Below, piece after piece: positions 8,687-17,885 of a DNA stretch of 64,000 nt; positions within the stretch are counted from its first letter, which is position 1; each line of letters opens with the position of its first letter. Origin of the DNA: a virus; IMG/VR virus record IMGVR_UViG_641201025_000001, positions 1 through 64,000 of that record; one strand, written 5' to 3'. Under the pieces are notes generated by a model that worked only from the letters and a program-made list of their open reading frames with translations, ran no database searches and was not told the origin of the DNA. A program made the translations under genes and the position numbers.

Positions 8687-9144
8687 TGAGGCGCGACATT
8701 TCCATCATCACGGAACGGAAGCATCTGAACAACACGGGAACGTCGCGCATGTTTCGCATGTATCAACCCGATCCGATCAATCCGTTCACCCTTCGTCTGA
8801 ATCAAGAACGCGAGGAACTCGGACGCGTTGATGATTTGGTCGAGAACCAAAAATCGTTACTTCGTTCCGTACTTGCCGCATCACGCGAAGCGCGCCGCGA
8901 ACGAGCGCAAAAGAAGCGCGCTGCCGGTATCAAGCGACTCGACCATTGCGCGTTCGGCACGGACCATTGGGAGTTCCGATGGACCGACAAGAAGTATGGC
9001 GTGACCGGAACGTTCAATTGCTTCTCGTCGCGTTCGGACGCAATCAAACAACTTCGCCGCGCCTACAATCATCCGGATTTCGCTGGATTCCGCGATTTGC
9101 CGGTGGAAATTGTTTTCGTTCCCGGTCTTGCGCGCGACGCATAA
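8686..9144 (+). CDS. hypothetical protein
   Basis: 152 aa; GTGATGA overlap with the previous gene. Confidence 0.45.
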   Translation: MRRDISIITERKHLNNTGTSRMFRMYQPDPINPFTLRLNQEREELGRVDDLVENQKSLLRSVLAASREARRERAQKKRAAGIKRLDHCAFGTDHWEFRWTDKKYGVTGTFNCFSSRSDAIKQLRRAYNHPDFAGFRDLPVEIVFVPGLARDA

Positions 9145-9185
9145 TCGGGTTAGGATTATGATTCATCAATAACGGAGATATCAGA

Positions 9186-9380
9186 ATGAGTGTAACAGCG
9201 CGGATTCGCGTCGAGGTCGAGGTGACTGTCGGCACGTGGGGCCAGAAAAACACGGTCGCCGATATGGTCGAGGTCGCCAAGCAGGAAGGCACGCAAAAGC
9301 TGTCTAACATGATCTACAAGGGCGGCGGAAAGATCGTCGGTGAACCGAAAGTGATTCTCGTCGTCGGCACGGAGGACTGA
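9186..9380 (+). CDS. hypothetical protein
   Basis: ATG after ACGGAGATATCAGA; 64 aa. Confidence 0.45.
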   Translation: MSVTARIRVEVEVTVGTWGQKNTVADMVEVAKQEGTQKLSNMIYKGGGKIVGEPKVILVVGTED

Positions 9381-9382
9381 TC

Positions 9383-9667
9383 ATGTCGAGCCTCGACGTT
9401 TTCATGAAAGAATGGTACACGCCGATAGCGCTGCGCAAGATGCGCCGCGAAGGGTCGACGAATTTCCGCATCTACTGTGTCGGCTGGCTGGAAACGGGCG
9501 GTCCGAGCGACACGTGGGACACGCTGGAAATCATCGGCGCGGAGTTCCGCGAGGTCAAGCGCGGCCCGCGTAAAGGTCAGCTTGGGATCATGGTTCCGGG
9601 CACGATCGTCAAGGCGTATGTCGGGGTCAAGGAGAACCCGAATTACGAAGAAAAGGTGAAGTCGTGA
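9383..9667 (+). CDS. hypothetical protein
   Basis: 94 aa, tightly packed in the operon. Confidence 0.45.
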   Translation: MSSLDVFMKEWYTPIALRKMRREGSTNFRIYCVGWLETGGPSDTWDTLEIIGAEFREVKRGPRKGQLGIMVPGTIVKAYVGVKENPNYEEKVKS

Positions 9668-10056
9668 ATCTGACAGACGATCAATTGAAGGCGCTGAAGT
9701 TCGCACGCAACCGCATTCAGTGCGGCGCAAAGTACATCTGTCATGCCGTCGCGGAGTTCTACAAGGCGAATGACGATGCGATAGAACACGAAGAACTGAA
9801 CCACGCGATTCTCGTCTACGGTCTGCGCGACAAATGCACGAGTTTCGCCGGATTCGTTGAGGCCATGCACGACGATATCGTTCCGATCATTCAACAAGCG
9901 CGAATCCGCTGGCTCGACGAAATGATCGAGAAGGGCGATGTCACGCGCGCGGACGATCATGCGCGATGGGCTTACGAGCAATCGCAAGGCCCGCAAGGAT
10001 GGCAGAAGCGATATGACGGCAAGCCGGCGGTGCGGGGGCCGTATGATCCGGCGTAG
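9664..10056 (+). CDS. paralog family member 3 (YICH / WLDR family)
   Basis: Contains YICHAV and IRWLDEMIEKG motifs; GTGA overlap with the upstream gene. Confidence 0.5.
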   Translation: MNLTDDQLKALKFARNRIQCGAKYICHAVAEFYKANDDAIEHEELNHAILVYGLRDKCTSFAGFVEAMHDDIVPIIQQARIRWLDEMIEKGDVTRADDHARWAYEQSQGPQGWQKRYDGKPAVRGPYDPA

Positions 10057-10249
10057 CGTGACCGCGCAGTGCGGCGCTGAGATCGATCGGTTCCGGATGC
10101 GGTATGTCACGGCCGACTCTGCGTCCCGGCGGCGAATCGCTCTGACCTGTCAGTTGATCTGGCATATCGGTTTAGACCGTGAACTCGATGACGACGATGG
10201 CGAAGCGCGTCAAGAGGCACACGTAAGACGTTTATCACCTGTGGAGTAA
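10043..10249 (+). CDS. hypothetical protein
   Basis: 68 aa; overlaps the 3' end of the previous gene. Confidence 0.3.
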   Translation: MIRRSVTAQCGAEIDRFRMRYVTADSASRRRIALTCQLIWHIGLDRELDDDDGEARQEAHVRRLSPVE

Positions 10250-10252
10250 GAC

Positions 10253-10498
10253 ATGGAACTCGAAGTTTGCCCCGGCATGAAAATCACCCCGATCGCGAGC
10301 GAAAACCCGACGCCGGGAAAAGCGAGCGTTCACGAACTGGTCATCGATCATCCGAACAGGACGACCCCGCCGCTCGTTCTCAAAGGAACCGGCGACGCGT
10401 TGCTCAAGATGCTTTCGGCGTCGGAAAACACGGTGCGCGAAATGATCGCGTTCGAGGTCGCGGCGAAGGCGCTGAAGAACTCGCGAGTGACATCGTGA
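10253..10498 (+). CDS. hypothetical protein
   Basis: 81 aa. Confidence 0.4.
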   Translation: MELEVCPGMKITPIASENPTPGKASVHELVIDHPNRTTPPLVLKGTGDALLKMLSASENTVREMIAFEVAAKALKNSRVTS

Positions 10499-10717
10499 AA
10501 GGGCCGCGCATGAGGACACCGCGCGAGGCTGCGTGCGGTGCGGTTCTCGATACGCTGCACGATATCAAAAAGATGCAGGCAAACCTTTTGGGCGACGATC
10601 CTTTCTCGGTCTGAGCGGTCAGGAACTGTCGCCTGAGTTCCGGCAAGAGGTCTTCGTCCGTCTCGATTTTCTGAAGGCTGAAATGACCGCCGCTTACGAG
10701 TGGCTCAGGAGTGGAAA

Positions 10718-10912
10718 ATGACGTTTCAATTTTTGGCGCGCGACGATTTCGGTCGCACTAAGGCGCTCACGAAGGAGCAATTCGAACTCGCGTCGACGAT
10801 GATTGTTGATCTGGTGAATGGTCGGGTAAGCCCGTCCAAGGCGAACAAGAGCATTCTGCGCTTGCTGGAAAACGCGGGCATCCCGGTCAAGTTCGGAGAG
10901 GAAACAACGTGA
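10718..10912 (+). CDS. hypothetical protein
   Basis: ATG with AGGAGTGG SD; 64 aa. Confidence 0.4.
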   Translation: MTFQFLARDDFGRTKALTKEQFELASTMIVDLVNGRVSPSKANKSILRLLENAGIPVKFGEETT

Positions 10913-11082
10913 CAACGTGGACACTGATCCTTGTCATCCTCGGATATAACGCCGTCGCTGTCGACCACATAGACGGGTTCCAGTCGAAAGAATCCTGCAT
11001 GGATGCCTTCAACAATACGTGGTTGGTCGTGAAGAATTCTCGCGAAGACAAGCGAGCGTTAGGCTACTGCACGAAGAAATAA
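10909..11082 (+). CDS. small membrane protein (GTG start)
   Basis: GTG 9 nt after GGAGAGG; 57 aa with an N-terminal TM helix. Confidence 0.3.
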   Translation: MTTWTLILVILGYNAVAVDHIDGFQSKESCMDAFNNTWLVVKNSREDKRALGYCTKK

Positions 11083-11087
11083 TTTTC

Positions 11088-11124
11088 GAAAACCGTTGAC
11101 CGACTCCAAAAAGGGTGAGACTAT
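11088..11124 (+). promoter_or_regulatory. sigma70-like promoter box (AAAACCGTTGACC-17-GACTATAC)
   Basis: Family member upstream of gene 11163. Confidence 0.45.
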
Positions 11125-11162
11125 ACGTTTACACCCTTTTTGTGCTTACCGGAGATAACGAC

Positions 11163-11384
11163 ATGGCAAACCTTCCGAAACTGATCCGCACGAACTTCGA
11201 CGACGGCAACTTCTTCCAAGGCAGCGAGGAAGGCGGTTCGATCCGGATCGGCATGAACGGCTACCGCTGCATTTCGTTGCCTGTCGGAAACAAGTTTTGG
11301 GCCGAAGCATCCGAGGCACTCGATGCGGACGCAATCGAAGCCCTGTTCGATAAGTGCGTCGAAAACGGCCTGATTCCCCTTTAA
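11163..11384 (+). CDS. hypothetical protein
   Basis: Promoter box at 11096 and CCGGAGATAACGAC ATG; 73 aa. Confidence 0.5.
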   Translation: MANLPKLIRTNFDDGNFFQGSEEGGSIRIGMNGYRCISLPVGNKFWAEASEALDADAIEALFDKCVENGLIPL

Positions 11385-11403
11385 TAAAACGGAGATAGCC
11401 GAA

Positions 11404-11616
11404 ATGAAACTCACCAAAGAACAAATCTCGAAGAAGGCACACGCGCGCACGATGCGCCTCGGCGACCGCATCATCAAGCAATGGGGCTCGGAGAAGAAAC
11501 AACACGCCAAGCGTCGCCGCCTCACGCGTCGAATGATGCGCTGCATGGCGGTTCATTTCGAGGCATCGGAACTTCTGTCGGCTCCGGATGCCCTCCGATG
11601 GGCGCGCAAGTTTTAA
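11404..11616 (+). CDS. hypothetical basic protein
   Basis: ACGGAGATAGCCGAA ATG; 70 aa, Lys/Arg-rich. Confidence 0.45.
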   Translation: MKLTKEQISKKAHARTMRLGDRIIKQWGSEKKQHAKRRRLTRRMMRCMAVHFEASELLSAPDALRWARKF

Positions 11617-11618
11617 TC

Positions 11619-11656
11619 CAAAAGTGTTGACATGGTGAAATGGTTTCGTCGATAAT
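11619..11656 (+). promoter_or_regulatory. sigma70-like promoter box (CCAAAAGTGTTGACA-18-GATAAT)
   Basis: Best match to consensus in the family; gene 11688 lies downstream. Confidence 0.55.
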
Positions 11657-11687
11657 CATTTCACCGCAACGAACCGAGATAACTGAA

Positions 11688-12026
11688 ATGACGAAGAAAA
11701 TCAAACCGCGCGAAATCGAAGGTTTCGACAATGCTGCGATGGTCACAGGCGAAGAACTCGCCGCGCTGCTGAAGCGTGCACCGTCCGGCTCGAAGTTCGT
11801 TGTCCACGCAAGCATGGATGCGGCGATCATCGACAATCCGGAGTGCGTCTATACGAAGGCGATTCGGGCCTGCCTCAACGTAGCGCGTGCAGAGGCGATC
11901 CGATTCGCGAAGGGCGCACTCAGCGAGCGGCAGGAAGCGCGCGGCGCTCGGTTTCGTGTCTACACGTCCTTCTACACGCGCACGTATCCGCGCGAAAAGG
12001 AAGTTACGACGTACTGGATCGTTTGA
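11688..12026 (+). CDS. hypothetical protein
   Basis: Promoter box at 11627 and CCGAGATAACTGAA ATG; 112 aa. Confidence 0.5.
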   Translation: MTKKIKPREIEGFDNAAMVTGEELAALLKRAPSGSKFVVHASMDAAIIDNPECVYTKAIRACLNVARAEAIRFAKGALSERQEARGARFRVYTSFYTRTYPREKEVTTYWIV

Positions 12027-12043
12027 CCAACAGGAGATACAGA

Positions 12044-12298
12044 ATGAAAATCGAAGTCGAGCCGCGCGAATGGACGCGCTTTGCTGATCTGAAACCCGGC
12101 GAGATTTTCTCGCATGCGCGGCGCGAGTCGTCGATCAATCAGCACCCGGCGAATTACGTGGTCTATTACTACGTCTCGCTCGGCGATAACGGCGCGATGC
12201 CGCTCGCGGGCCAGTGCATCGAGGCGCGCACCGTCCACCTGCGATCTGATGAAAAGGTCGTGCGCGCCGACAACGTTCGTTTGTCGTTCAAGTCATGA
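12044..12298 (+). CDS. hypothetical protein
   Basis: CAGGAGATACAGA ATG; 84 aa. Confidence 0.45.
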   Translation: MKIEVEPREWTRFADLKPGEIFSHARRESSINQHPANYVVYYYVSLGDNGAMPLAGQCIEARTVHLRSDEKVVRADNVRLSFKS

Positions 12299-12525
12299 TG
12301 AACTCCAAGGAAGTCGCCTACGTCGCCGCGCTGCGGGCTCAACTCGTCTCGCTGCGTGCGCGCCTGAACTGCGCGAACGAGTTCACGCTGAACCGTGATC
12401 TGCACGTCGAGCGCGTCATGCTCGCGCGGCAAATCGATGCCCTCTCGGATGAGGCCGATCGAATCGAGGCGAAGGCCCGAGAACGCGCGGAGAAAATGAA
12501 GGCTGTTCTCGATAAAACGTGTTGA
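12295..12525 (+). CDS. hypothetical coiled-coil protein
   Basis: 76 aa; ATGA overlap. Confidence 0.4.
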   Translation: MMNSKEVAYVAALRAQLVSLRARLNCANEFTLNRDLHVERVMLARQIDALSDEADRIEAKARERAEKMKAVLDKTC

Positions 12526-12551
12526 CCCTTTCCGGTTGATTCTGAGATAAT
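12513..12551 (+). promoter_or_regulatory. sigma70-like promoter box (AAAACGTGTTGACC-17-GAGATAAT)
   Basis: Family member upstream of the small peptide at 12582. Confidence 0.5.
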
Positions 12552-12581
12552 CGATTCGCTCAATCAACCGAGATAACCGAA

Positions 12582-12677
12582 ATGCTTCATGTTCTATTCC
12601 ATGCGCTTCCGTTCGCTATCGGTTTCGCAATGGCGCTTTTTGTTTTCGCTGTGCATCAACAGCTAAAGGTGAAATGA
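12582..12677 (+). CDS. small hydrophobic peptide (31 aa)
   Basis: Promoter box at 12522 and CCGAGATAACCGAA ATG; single TM helix. Confidence 0.3.
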   Translation: MLHVLFHALPFAIGFAMALFVFAVHQQLKVK

Positions 12678-12871
12678 TGAACAATTCACAGAACCGCCGC
12701 GCGGCCGCTCGATTAATGCGGGACACGCGGAAACTCAACAACTATCAGCGGCACGGATCGCGCGCGGTCAAGGTCTTCATCCGCCGGGCTCGGCAGGCAT
12801 GCTGGACGGTCGGCCGGATCGTCGACACGCTCGACGCGGGCGAACGCTATTTCACATGGAGTCGTGCATGA
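12674..12871 (+). CDS. hypothetical basic protein
   Basis: 65 aa; ATGA overlap. Confidence 0.4.
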   Translation: MMNNSQNRRAAARLMRDTRKLNNYQRHGSRAVKVFIRRARQACWTVGRIVDTLDAGERYFTWSRA

Positions 12872-13236
12872 AACTGAACGAAATTCATATCGAAATCCTT
12901 CGCGCGGCGAAGGAACATATCGATCATCGTGTGTATATCTGCCATGCGATCGAGTTCGGACTTCGCGATGTAATCTATCGGAACGGCTGGCACAAGAAGT
13001 CTGAAGAATTGATCGACGCGATTCAGCGATCGCTCAGTGGGTCGACGGTCGCCGGCTTGATCATTCGATCAGGGGTGTCCGGCACGGCCGCGATGCGCGA
13101 TCGGGGCTCGGAAGAGGTGGACTCCGAAACGCTCACTCGGAACGATCGTGAATACGGCGATTGGGTCGAGCGCGTCAGCAACCTCGCGCGTCACGCATGG
13201 GTCGAACGCATGATCGAGACGGGGGTGTGCGCATGA
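12868..13236 (+). CDS. paralog family member 4 (YICH / AWVERMIETGVCA family)
   Basis: Contains YICHAI and RHAWVERMIETGVCA motifs; the C-terminal 13 aa are near-identical to member 1. Confidence 0.55.
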   Translation: MKLNEIHIEILRAAKEHIDHRVYICHAIEFGLRDVIYRNGWHKKSEELIDAIQRSLSGSTVAGLIIRSGVSGTAAMRDRGSEEVDSETLTRNDREYGDWVERVSNLARHAWVERMIETGVCA

Positions 13237-13520
13237 AACTCGTCTACATCACAGACGCGCAACTCGCCGCGATTAACGCGCTTGCGAATCTCGGCGAGGC
13301 GATGGGGAACACGACGATCGTCGAGCATGCTCGCGAATTCCTGACCGCTGCGGCTCGTTCCGAGGACAAAGGTTCGTACCGCGCGAAGCTGGACCTTCCG
13401 ATCGCGCCCGAACCGCGCACGGCTGACGAAGCAACGTTCGTGATTCGCACGTTCGAAATTCCGAAGAGCGGTCTGTACCTGTACCGCGACACCGGCCCGC
13501 TCGAAAATGGAGACGCATGA
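13233..13520 (+). CDS. hypothetical protein
   Basis: 95 aa; ATGA overlap. Confidence 0.45.
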   Translation: MKLVYITDAQLAAINALANLGEAMGNTTIVEHAREFLTAAARSEDKGSYRAKLDLPIAPEPRTADEATFVIRTFEIPKSGLYLYRDTGPLENGDA

Positions 13521-13708
13521 TGAAAAGCCCAAATCTGATTCAAGCCGATGACCTGCGCACGCAGAACATGTCGGCAAACCTGAAGGGACGATGGGTGTCC
13601 TGCCGGCCGATCGCAGTTCCGGCGACGCCGCGCATTTTCGCGCGCTTCATCCTTGCGTGGGGCGTTTTCGTCGGAAAGTACGACGCACTGAAATGGTTCG
13701 AGCAATGA
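13517..13708 (+). CDS. hypothetical protein
   Basis: 63 aa. Confidence 0.35.
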   Translation: MMKSPNLIQADDLRTQNMSANLKGRWVSCRPIAVPATPRIFARFILAWGVFVGKYDALKWFEQ

Positions 13709-14112
13709 AGACCGCCGGAGAACTTCTCCTTCAACTCGAACCCTACATGGATTCGATCGTGTGCTATGCCTCGACGCTCAACGAGCATGAGGGGAACCGG
13801 CTCGCGAAAGAGGTCGCGGAATATCTCGCCGCGAGCAAAGAAGAGAAGCCGGGAATCGATCGGCCTCTGTCTTCCTACGGCATGCTCGTGCGCGCGTTGC
13901 GCATCGTGACGGGTACGAACCTCATGGAAATGTCGAAGGCATGGGGAGCGAGCCCGGCAACGCTTTCCGGGCTCGAATTCGGCCGTCACTATGTGAGCAA
14001 GCACACGGTGCACAAGGCTGCGAAGTTTTTCGAGGGTTACGGGCTCCCTGACGTGTATAATCTTCTCTGGATTGCAGCAGAGAAGGCTAACGAAGAATGG
14101 AGAAAGAAATGA
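13705..14112 (+). CDS. XRE-family helix-turn-helix transcriptional regulator
   Basis: HTH_3-like segment SYGMLVRALRIVTGTNLMEMSKAWGASPATLSGLEFGRHYVS. Confidence 0.55.
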   Translation: MKTAGELLLQLEPYMDSIVCYASTLNEHEGNRLAKEVAEYLAASKEEKPGIDRPLSSYGMLVRALRIVTGTNLMEMSKAWGASPATLSGLEFGRHYVSKHTVHKAAKFFEGYGLPDVYNLLWIAAEKANEEWRKK

Positions 14113-14525
14113 CGCAGGAAAAGTTCACGGTTACGGAGGATATGGTCCGTGAGGGTGATGCTTACCTTCAGGCTCTGAACGCGTTGCATATCGTTACCGA
14201 TGGTGTCACGTCAGCAATGTGGGCGGCCGGCGTCGCGTTCGGCCGGCAGGACGCAGCCCTGAGCGCGTTGAGGGATTCAGAGCGCAACTGGACGCCGATG
14301 AAGGAAGGAAAGTCGGAGTTCGTCTTGAAGGTCGACGCGAGCGAGATCGAAAAGACGATCAAGGCCAGCATGCAAGAAATTCTGACGGGCGCGGTCATTC
14401 TGTCGGAACTCGAACGACAGGCGATCATCACCGCGCGCAACTGGTGCCGAAACACTGTCGGCGGGGAGCATGGCGAGGCTGTCGCGAACCGTCTGGACGA
14501 CGTTATCGGAAGGATTTCGAAATGA
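14097..14525 (+). CDS. hypothetical protein
   Basis: 142 aa. Confidence 0.45.
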   Translation: MEKEMTQEKFTVTEDMVREGDAYLQALNALHIVTDGVTSAMWAAGVAFGRQDAALSALRDSERNWTPMKEGKSEFVLKVDASEIEKTIKASMQEILTGAVILSELERQAIITARNWCRNTVGGEHGEAVANRLDDVIGRISK

Positions 14526-14785
14526 CGCCTCCGGCAATCAAATGGACGCTCATCGCATACGGAGAAAGCGACTTCCCGCAATGTCGCCTCGTGTTCGAGA
14601 ATGGCGATTTGCTGCGTGAAATTCTTTCGCTCATCTACACGAACCCGGATGAAGCTGACTCGGATTACGTCGATTCGATCCGTCGACAACTGGATGATCC
14701 GGACGAGTGGTTTTGCGCCAGTGGCGGTAACAAGCTGGAAATTCGTTTCGAAATCGGCGGTATCGACGTTTGGAGGTTGGCATGA
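14522..14785 (+). CDS. hypothetical protein
   Basis: 87 aa; ATGA overlap. Confidence 0.4.
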   Translation: MTPPAIKWTLIAYGESDFPQCRLVFENGDLLREILSLIYTNPDEADSDYVDSIRRQLDDPDEWFCASGGNKLEIRFEIGGIDVWRLA

Positions 14786-15948
14786 CGGACGACAAAGAGC
14801 GCGGCCTGTTCAAGAAGTTCCACGTCACGCGCGTGGACGGCAGCAGCGCGCCGGGGCAGAAGCATGAGAACTGCGAATATGTCGTTTTCGACATGAACCA
14901 CGACGGGTTCGCGCGGCATGCTCTTCGTGCGTATGCGCGGGCCTGCGCGGACGAGTTCCCGGCGCTCGCTGCTGATCTGATCAAGCGGTATGGGCTCGAT
15001 CAGCACGAAGCAGCGCCGGCCGAGCGGTCGACCGACTACTCCGAAGGCTACGATGACGGGCTCAACGCAGGGCGCGAGATTCTTGAGGATATGCGTGCGA
15101 AGGTCGAGCGACTGGAAGCACGTTTGACGGTCGCGCAGCCCGAACCGGAAGTGGCGGGCGAACGAGCGGCACCCGATGTGCCCGAGAAGCGAGACGCAAC
15201 CGATCCAGAGCAGCAATGGAGGGAATTCTGGCGGGAGATTTGCACCAATGCAGATGGCTCGATCAATCTTGATCAGGTGAAGAAAGAGTTGTCAGATTTC
15301 TCGATGCTCTTGTCATGGGTTCCTCGCGTCTACATGCACGTTACTGGGGGCCGGGTATCGAAGGTGAATACGTGGCCTAGCGTCGTTGTTTCGCTGCACG
15401 ACGATCATGTAAACGAACTGGTCGAAGAGGCTTTGCGTGATGAAATCGAATCCCACGCCTCATCGCCCGTTGCAGCGTTCTCGAAAGACGTAATCCGCGA
15501 AGTGTTCATGGCGCACGGCTTCACGATCAAGGAAGGGCAACCCGACTTGAAGCCCTACGTGTACGAGGCGGCATATGCACTTCTCGCCCGCTTCTCGTCG
15601 CCCAATGCGGCGGACGGTTCCGACATCGACGCATGTATCGAGGCTCTGGTCGACGCCGGCTCGCTGATCGGCGAACGTTTTCGCGCGCGCACGCAACTCG
15701 ATATCGCAATCGAGCGGGAAGTATCCCGGCGCACGTCCGTCCCGATCGACATGATCCTTCATTGTCCGACGTGCAACACTCAACACGTCGACGAGGCGAA
15801 AGGCGAATGGACAAACCCGCCGCACAAATCGCACCTGTGCCACGTGTGTCATAACATCTGGCGTCCTGCCGACGTTCCGACGAACGGCGTTCCCGCGATC
15901 AAGACCATCGGCCAAAACGATACGGTCGACAACCGAATGGAGTTCTGA
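14782..15948 (+). CDS. hypothetical protein with C-terminal zinc ribbon
   Basis: 389 aa; TGGAGG SD; C-terminal CPTCN…CHVCHN motif. Confidence 0.5.
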   Translation: MTDDKERGLFKKFHVTRVDGSSAPGQKHENCEYVVFDMNHDGFARHALRAYARACADEFPALAADLIKRYGLDQHEAAPAERSTDYSEGYDDGLNAGREILEDMRAKVERLEARLTVAQPEPEVAGERAAPDVPEKRDATDPEQQWREFWREICTNADGSINLDQVKKELSDFSMLLSWVPRVYMHVTGGRVSKVNTWPSVVVSLHDDHVNELVEEALRDEIESHASSPVAAFSKDVIREVFMAHGFTIKEGQPDLKPYVYEAAYALLARFSSPNAADGSDIDACIEALVDAGSLIGERFRARTQLDIAIEREVSRRTSVPIDMILHCPTCNTQHVDEAKGEWTNPPHKSHLCHVCHNIWRPADVPTNGVPAIKTIGQNDTVDNRMEF

Positions 15949-15953
15949 GAAGC

Positions 15954-16160
15954 ATGGAATTGATTTCGATTCAAGCTGATTGCGGCCGGCGACTGACGCC
16001 TGAGGAAATCCGCGCGTTCGGCTTCTCGTTCGATCTGGACGATTTCCAACTGACCGCGATTCAAAAGATCGGCGAAAACTACACCTATCACTACATCGTA
16101 GAACTCGGTTCGAAATCCGACCCTGTGCGAGTTCTCGAAGCGCTGAAACATTTGACCTGA
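15954..16160 (+). CDS. hypothetical protein
   Basis: 68 aa. Confidence 0.4.
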   Translation: MELISIQADCGRRLTPEEIRAFGFSFDLDDFQLTAIQKIGENYTYHYIVELGSKSDPVRVLEALKHLT

Positions 16161-16218
16161 CGCACAAAGCCCGAAAAGTGATATACTGATCGGGCTTTGT
16201 TATTTGGAGATAACTGAA

Positions 16219-16455
16219 ATGAACGAAATTGAGGAAAGGGTCGTTTGCGTCCCGGTTCTGATGTTCAGTCTGGAACGAGAATTGACCGTGGCCGATCGAA
16301 TCCGGATCGAGGAAACGGGCGTCTCGATGGAACACAACTACACGACGACTCGCGCGGACGTTGTGACGAAGCAAGTCTTCTACGTTTATCCGTCGAGCAA
16401 AACGAGTCTCGCTCTGTTGGTCACGGTCCTTCAGAACGTCGCGGCGGGGGCATAG
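16219..16455 (+). CDS. hypothetical protein
   Basis: TTGGAGATAACTGAA ATG; 78 aa. Confidence 0.45.
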   Translation: MNEIEERVVCVPVLMFSLERELTVADRIRIEETGVSMEHNYTTTRADVVTKQVFYVYPSSKTSLALLVTVLQNVAAGA

Positions 16456-16662
16456 ATGATAATCACCCTTCGCGTGTTCATGCCGCGACGAATCACGGTC
16501 GAAGAAATGGAAGGCGTTCACCGGCTCGGCGCGACTATCACGAACGACTATGAAGTTCAGGTGAATCGAAAAGCGGAAGCTGCTTACTACTGCGTTCGAC
16601 CGCGCCAAGCAGACATCATCGAGTTGACGAAATACCTCGATCAATTGGGAAGAGAGAAATGA
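16456..16662 (+). CDS. hypothetical protein
   Basis: 68 aa. Confidence 0.4.
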   Translation: MIITLRVFMPRRITVEEMEGVHRLGATITNDYEVQVNRKAEAAYYCVRPRQADIIELTKYLDQLGREK

Positions 16663-17423
16663 TTTCACTGACTGTACGCGCGGCCGACGTTAAGATCGGC
16701 GACCATCTGTTTCACGAAAACGCAGGGCGCTATGTCGTCGACACCGCAATGCGCGATCATGACGGCGCGAATCAGGTTGTCCTCTATCTGATGAAGCCGG
16801 GTTCGATCCAGATGGACTCGCTGATTTTCGAGCCGGACGAGCCGATCATGGTTGGTCGGTATCAGGCGGTCGAGATTGTCCGCGATCCGATGCCCTGTCA
16901 GGAAATCGTTTCGGTCGATCCGATCTCGATGACGGACACGGGCAACCGCCGGTTCATGGTCATGGGCTCGGTCAAAAGCAACCCGTCGCGCGAATATCGC
17001 ATCGAACACACGAAGGCGCTGATTGCGAGCCTCGACGATTTGCCGAAAGTGGAGGAAGTGATTCCGACGGGTCAGGTGGATATCATGGGTCGAAAGATCG
17101 ACAGGGCATGGGTGAACGAGGTCAAGAGTTCCGAGATTCCGACAGACTACTATCCCCCTCTGAAGGACAAGTTGAAAGGATGGCTCACGGAACGACAGGT
17201 TTCGCGCATGCTGCACGTCGCTTTCATTCAGAACAAGCAGACCCGCCGCGTGTTCGACGACTGGCTCACGGTCAAATGCTCGAAGCCCGACGAGAAGGGG
17301 ATTTCGCGCTCCTACGTGTCGGTGCACTGGCGCGAGGCAAAGTGCGATATGACCATCGCCGGCCGCGCTCGTGATGTTCTGCCTTTTCTGGTCAAGATGC
17401 TGAACAAGGGGAAGAGAAAATGA
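16659..17423 (+). CDS. hypothetical protein
   Basis: 254 aa; ATGA overlap; no recognisable motif. Confidence 0.5.
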   Translation: MISLTVRAADVKIGDHLFHENAGRYVVDTAMRDHDGANQVVLYLMKPGSIQMDSLIFEPDEPIMVGRYQAVEIVRDPMPCQEIVSVDPISMTDTGNRRFMVMGSVKSNPSREYRIEHTKALIASLDDLPKVEEVIPTGQVDIMGRKIDRAWVNEVKSSEIPTDYYPPLKDKLKGWLTERQVSRMLHVAFIQNKQTRRVFDDWLTVKCSKPDEKGISRSYVSVHWREAKCDMTIAGRARDVLPFLVKMLNKGKRK

Positions 17424-17647
17424 ACTACTGTAAGGATTGCAACAATTACAGAAGCATTCTCAACCGCGATTTGTGCACTCGCGGCCGGAAGGTCGAAACT
17501 GTCGAGGACATGGTGCGCGGCCCGATTGAAACCGTGACGTACGAATTCTCAGGCACGGCCCGCGATCATCGGATGGATGAAAGCATTTATGGATGCGGCC
17601 CGGAAGCGCGGTTCTTTGTCCCGATCTCGATCGAGAGTGAGGATTGA
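17420..17647 (+). CDS. small zinc-ribbon protein (MNYCKDC family; paralog of 33361-33567)
   Basis: MNYCKDCNNY…CTRG…CGPEARFF shares a pattern with the MNFCKDCANL…CARG…CGKNARFF protein at 33361. Confidence 0.45.
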   Translation: MNYCKDCNNYRSILNRDLCTRGRKVETVEDMVRGPIETVTYEFSGTARDHRMDESIYGCGPEARFFVPISIESED

Positions 17648-17868
17648 TGATGGTGCGATGTCCAATTCCTCCACCCCCTCCACCGCGACGCGACAAGGAA
17701 GAGCGTTACAAAATCCGAGTCTCGCGCGCAGGCGTCGAAGTCGAGCTACACGCTGAATCTCTGATGTTTGCTGCTGCGGTGATCGATCTCGTCAAGATCG
17801 GCTCACAGGTCACAATCACTGACAAGCGCGATGGGAAGGTCAAATTCAGCGACGTTGTGATGGACTGA
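17644..17868 (+). CDS. hypothetical protein
   Basis: 74 aa, Pro-rich N-terminus. Confidence 0.4.
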   Translation: MMMVRCPIPPPPPPRRDKEERYKIRVSRAGVEVELHAESLMFAAAVIDLVKIGSQVTITDKRDGKVKFSDVVMD

Positions 17869-17885
17869 AATTATTTCTCAAAAAG

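Noticed and set aside
15460-16668. 402-aa minus-strand ORF spanning several plus-strand early genes
   Set aside because: Arg-rich antisense shadow crossing multiple well-defined plus-strand gene boundaries.
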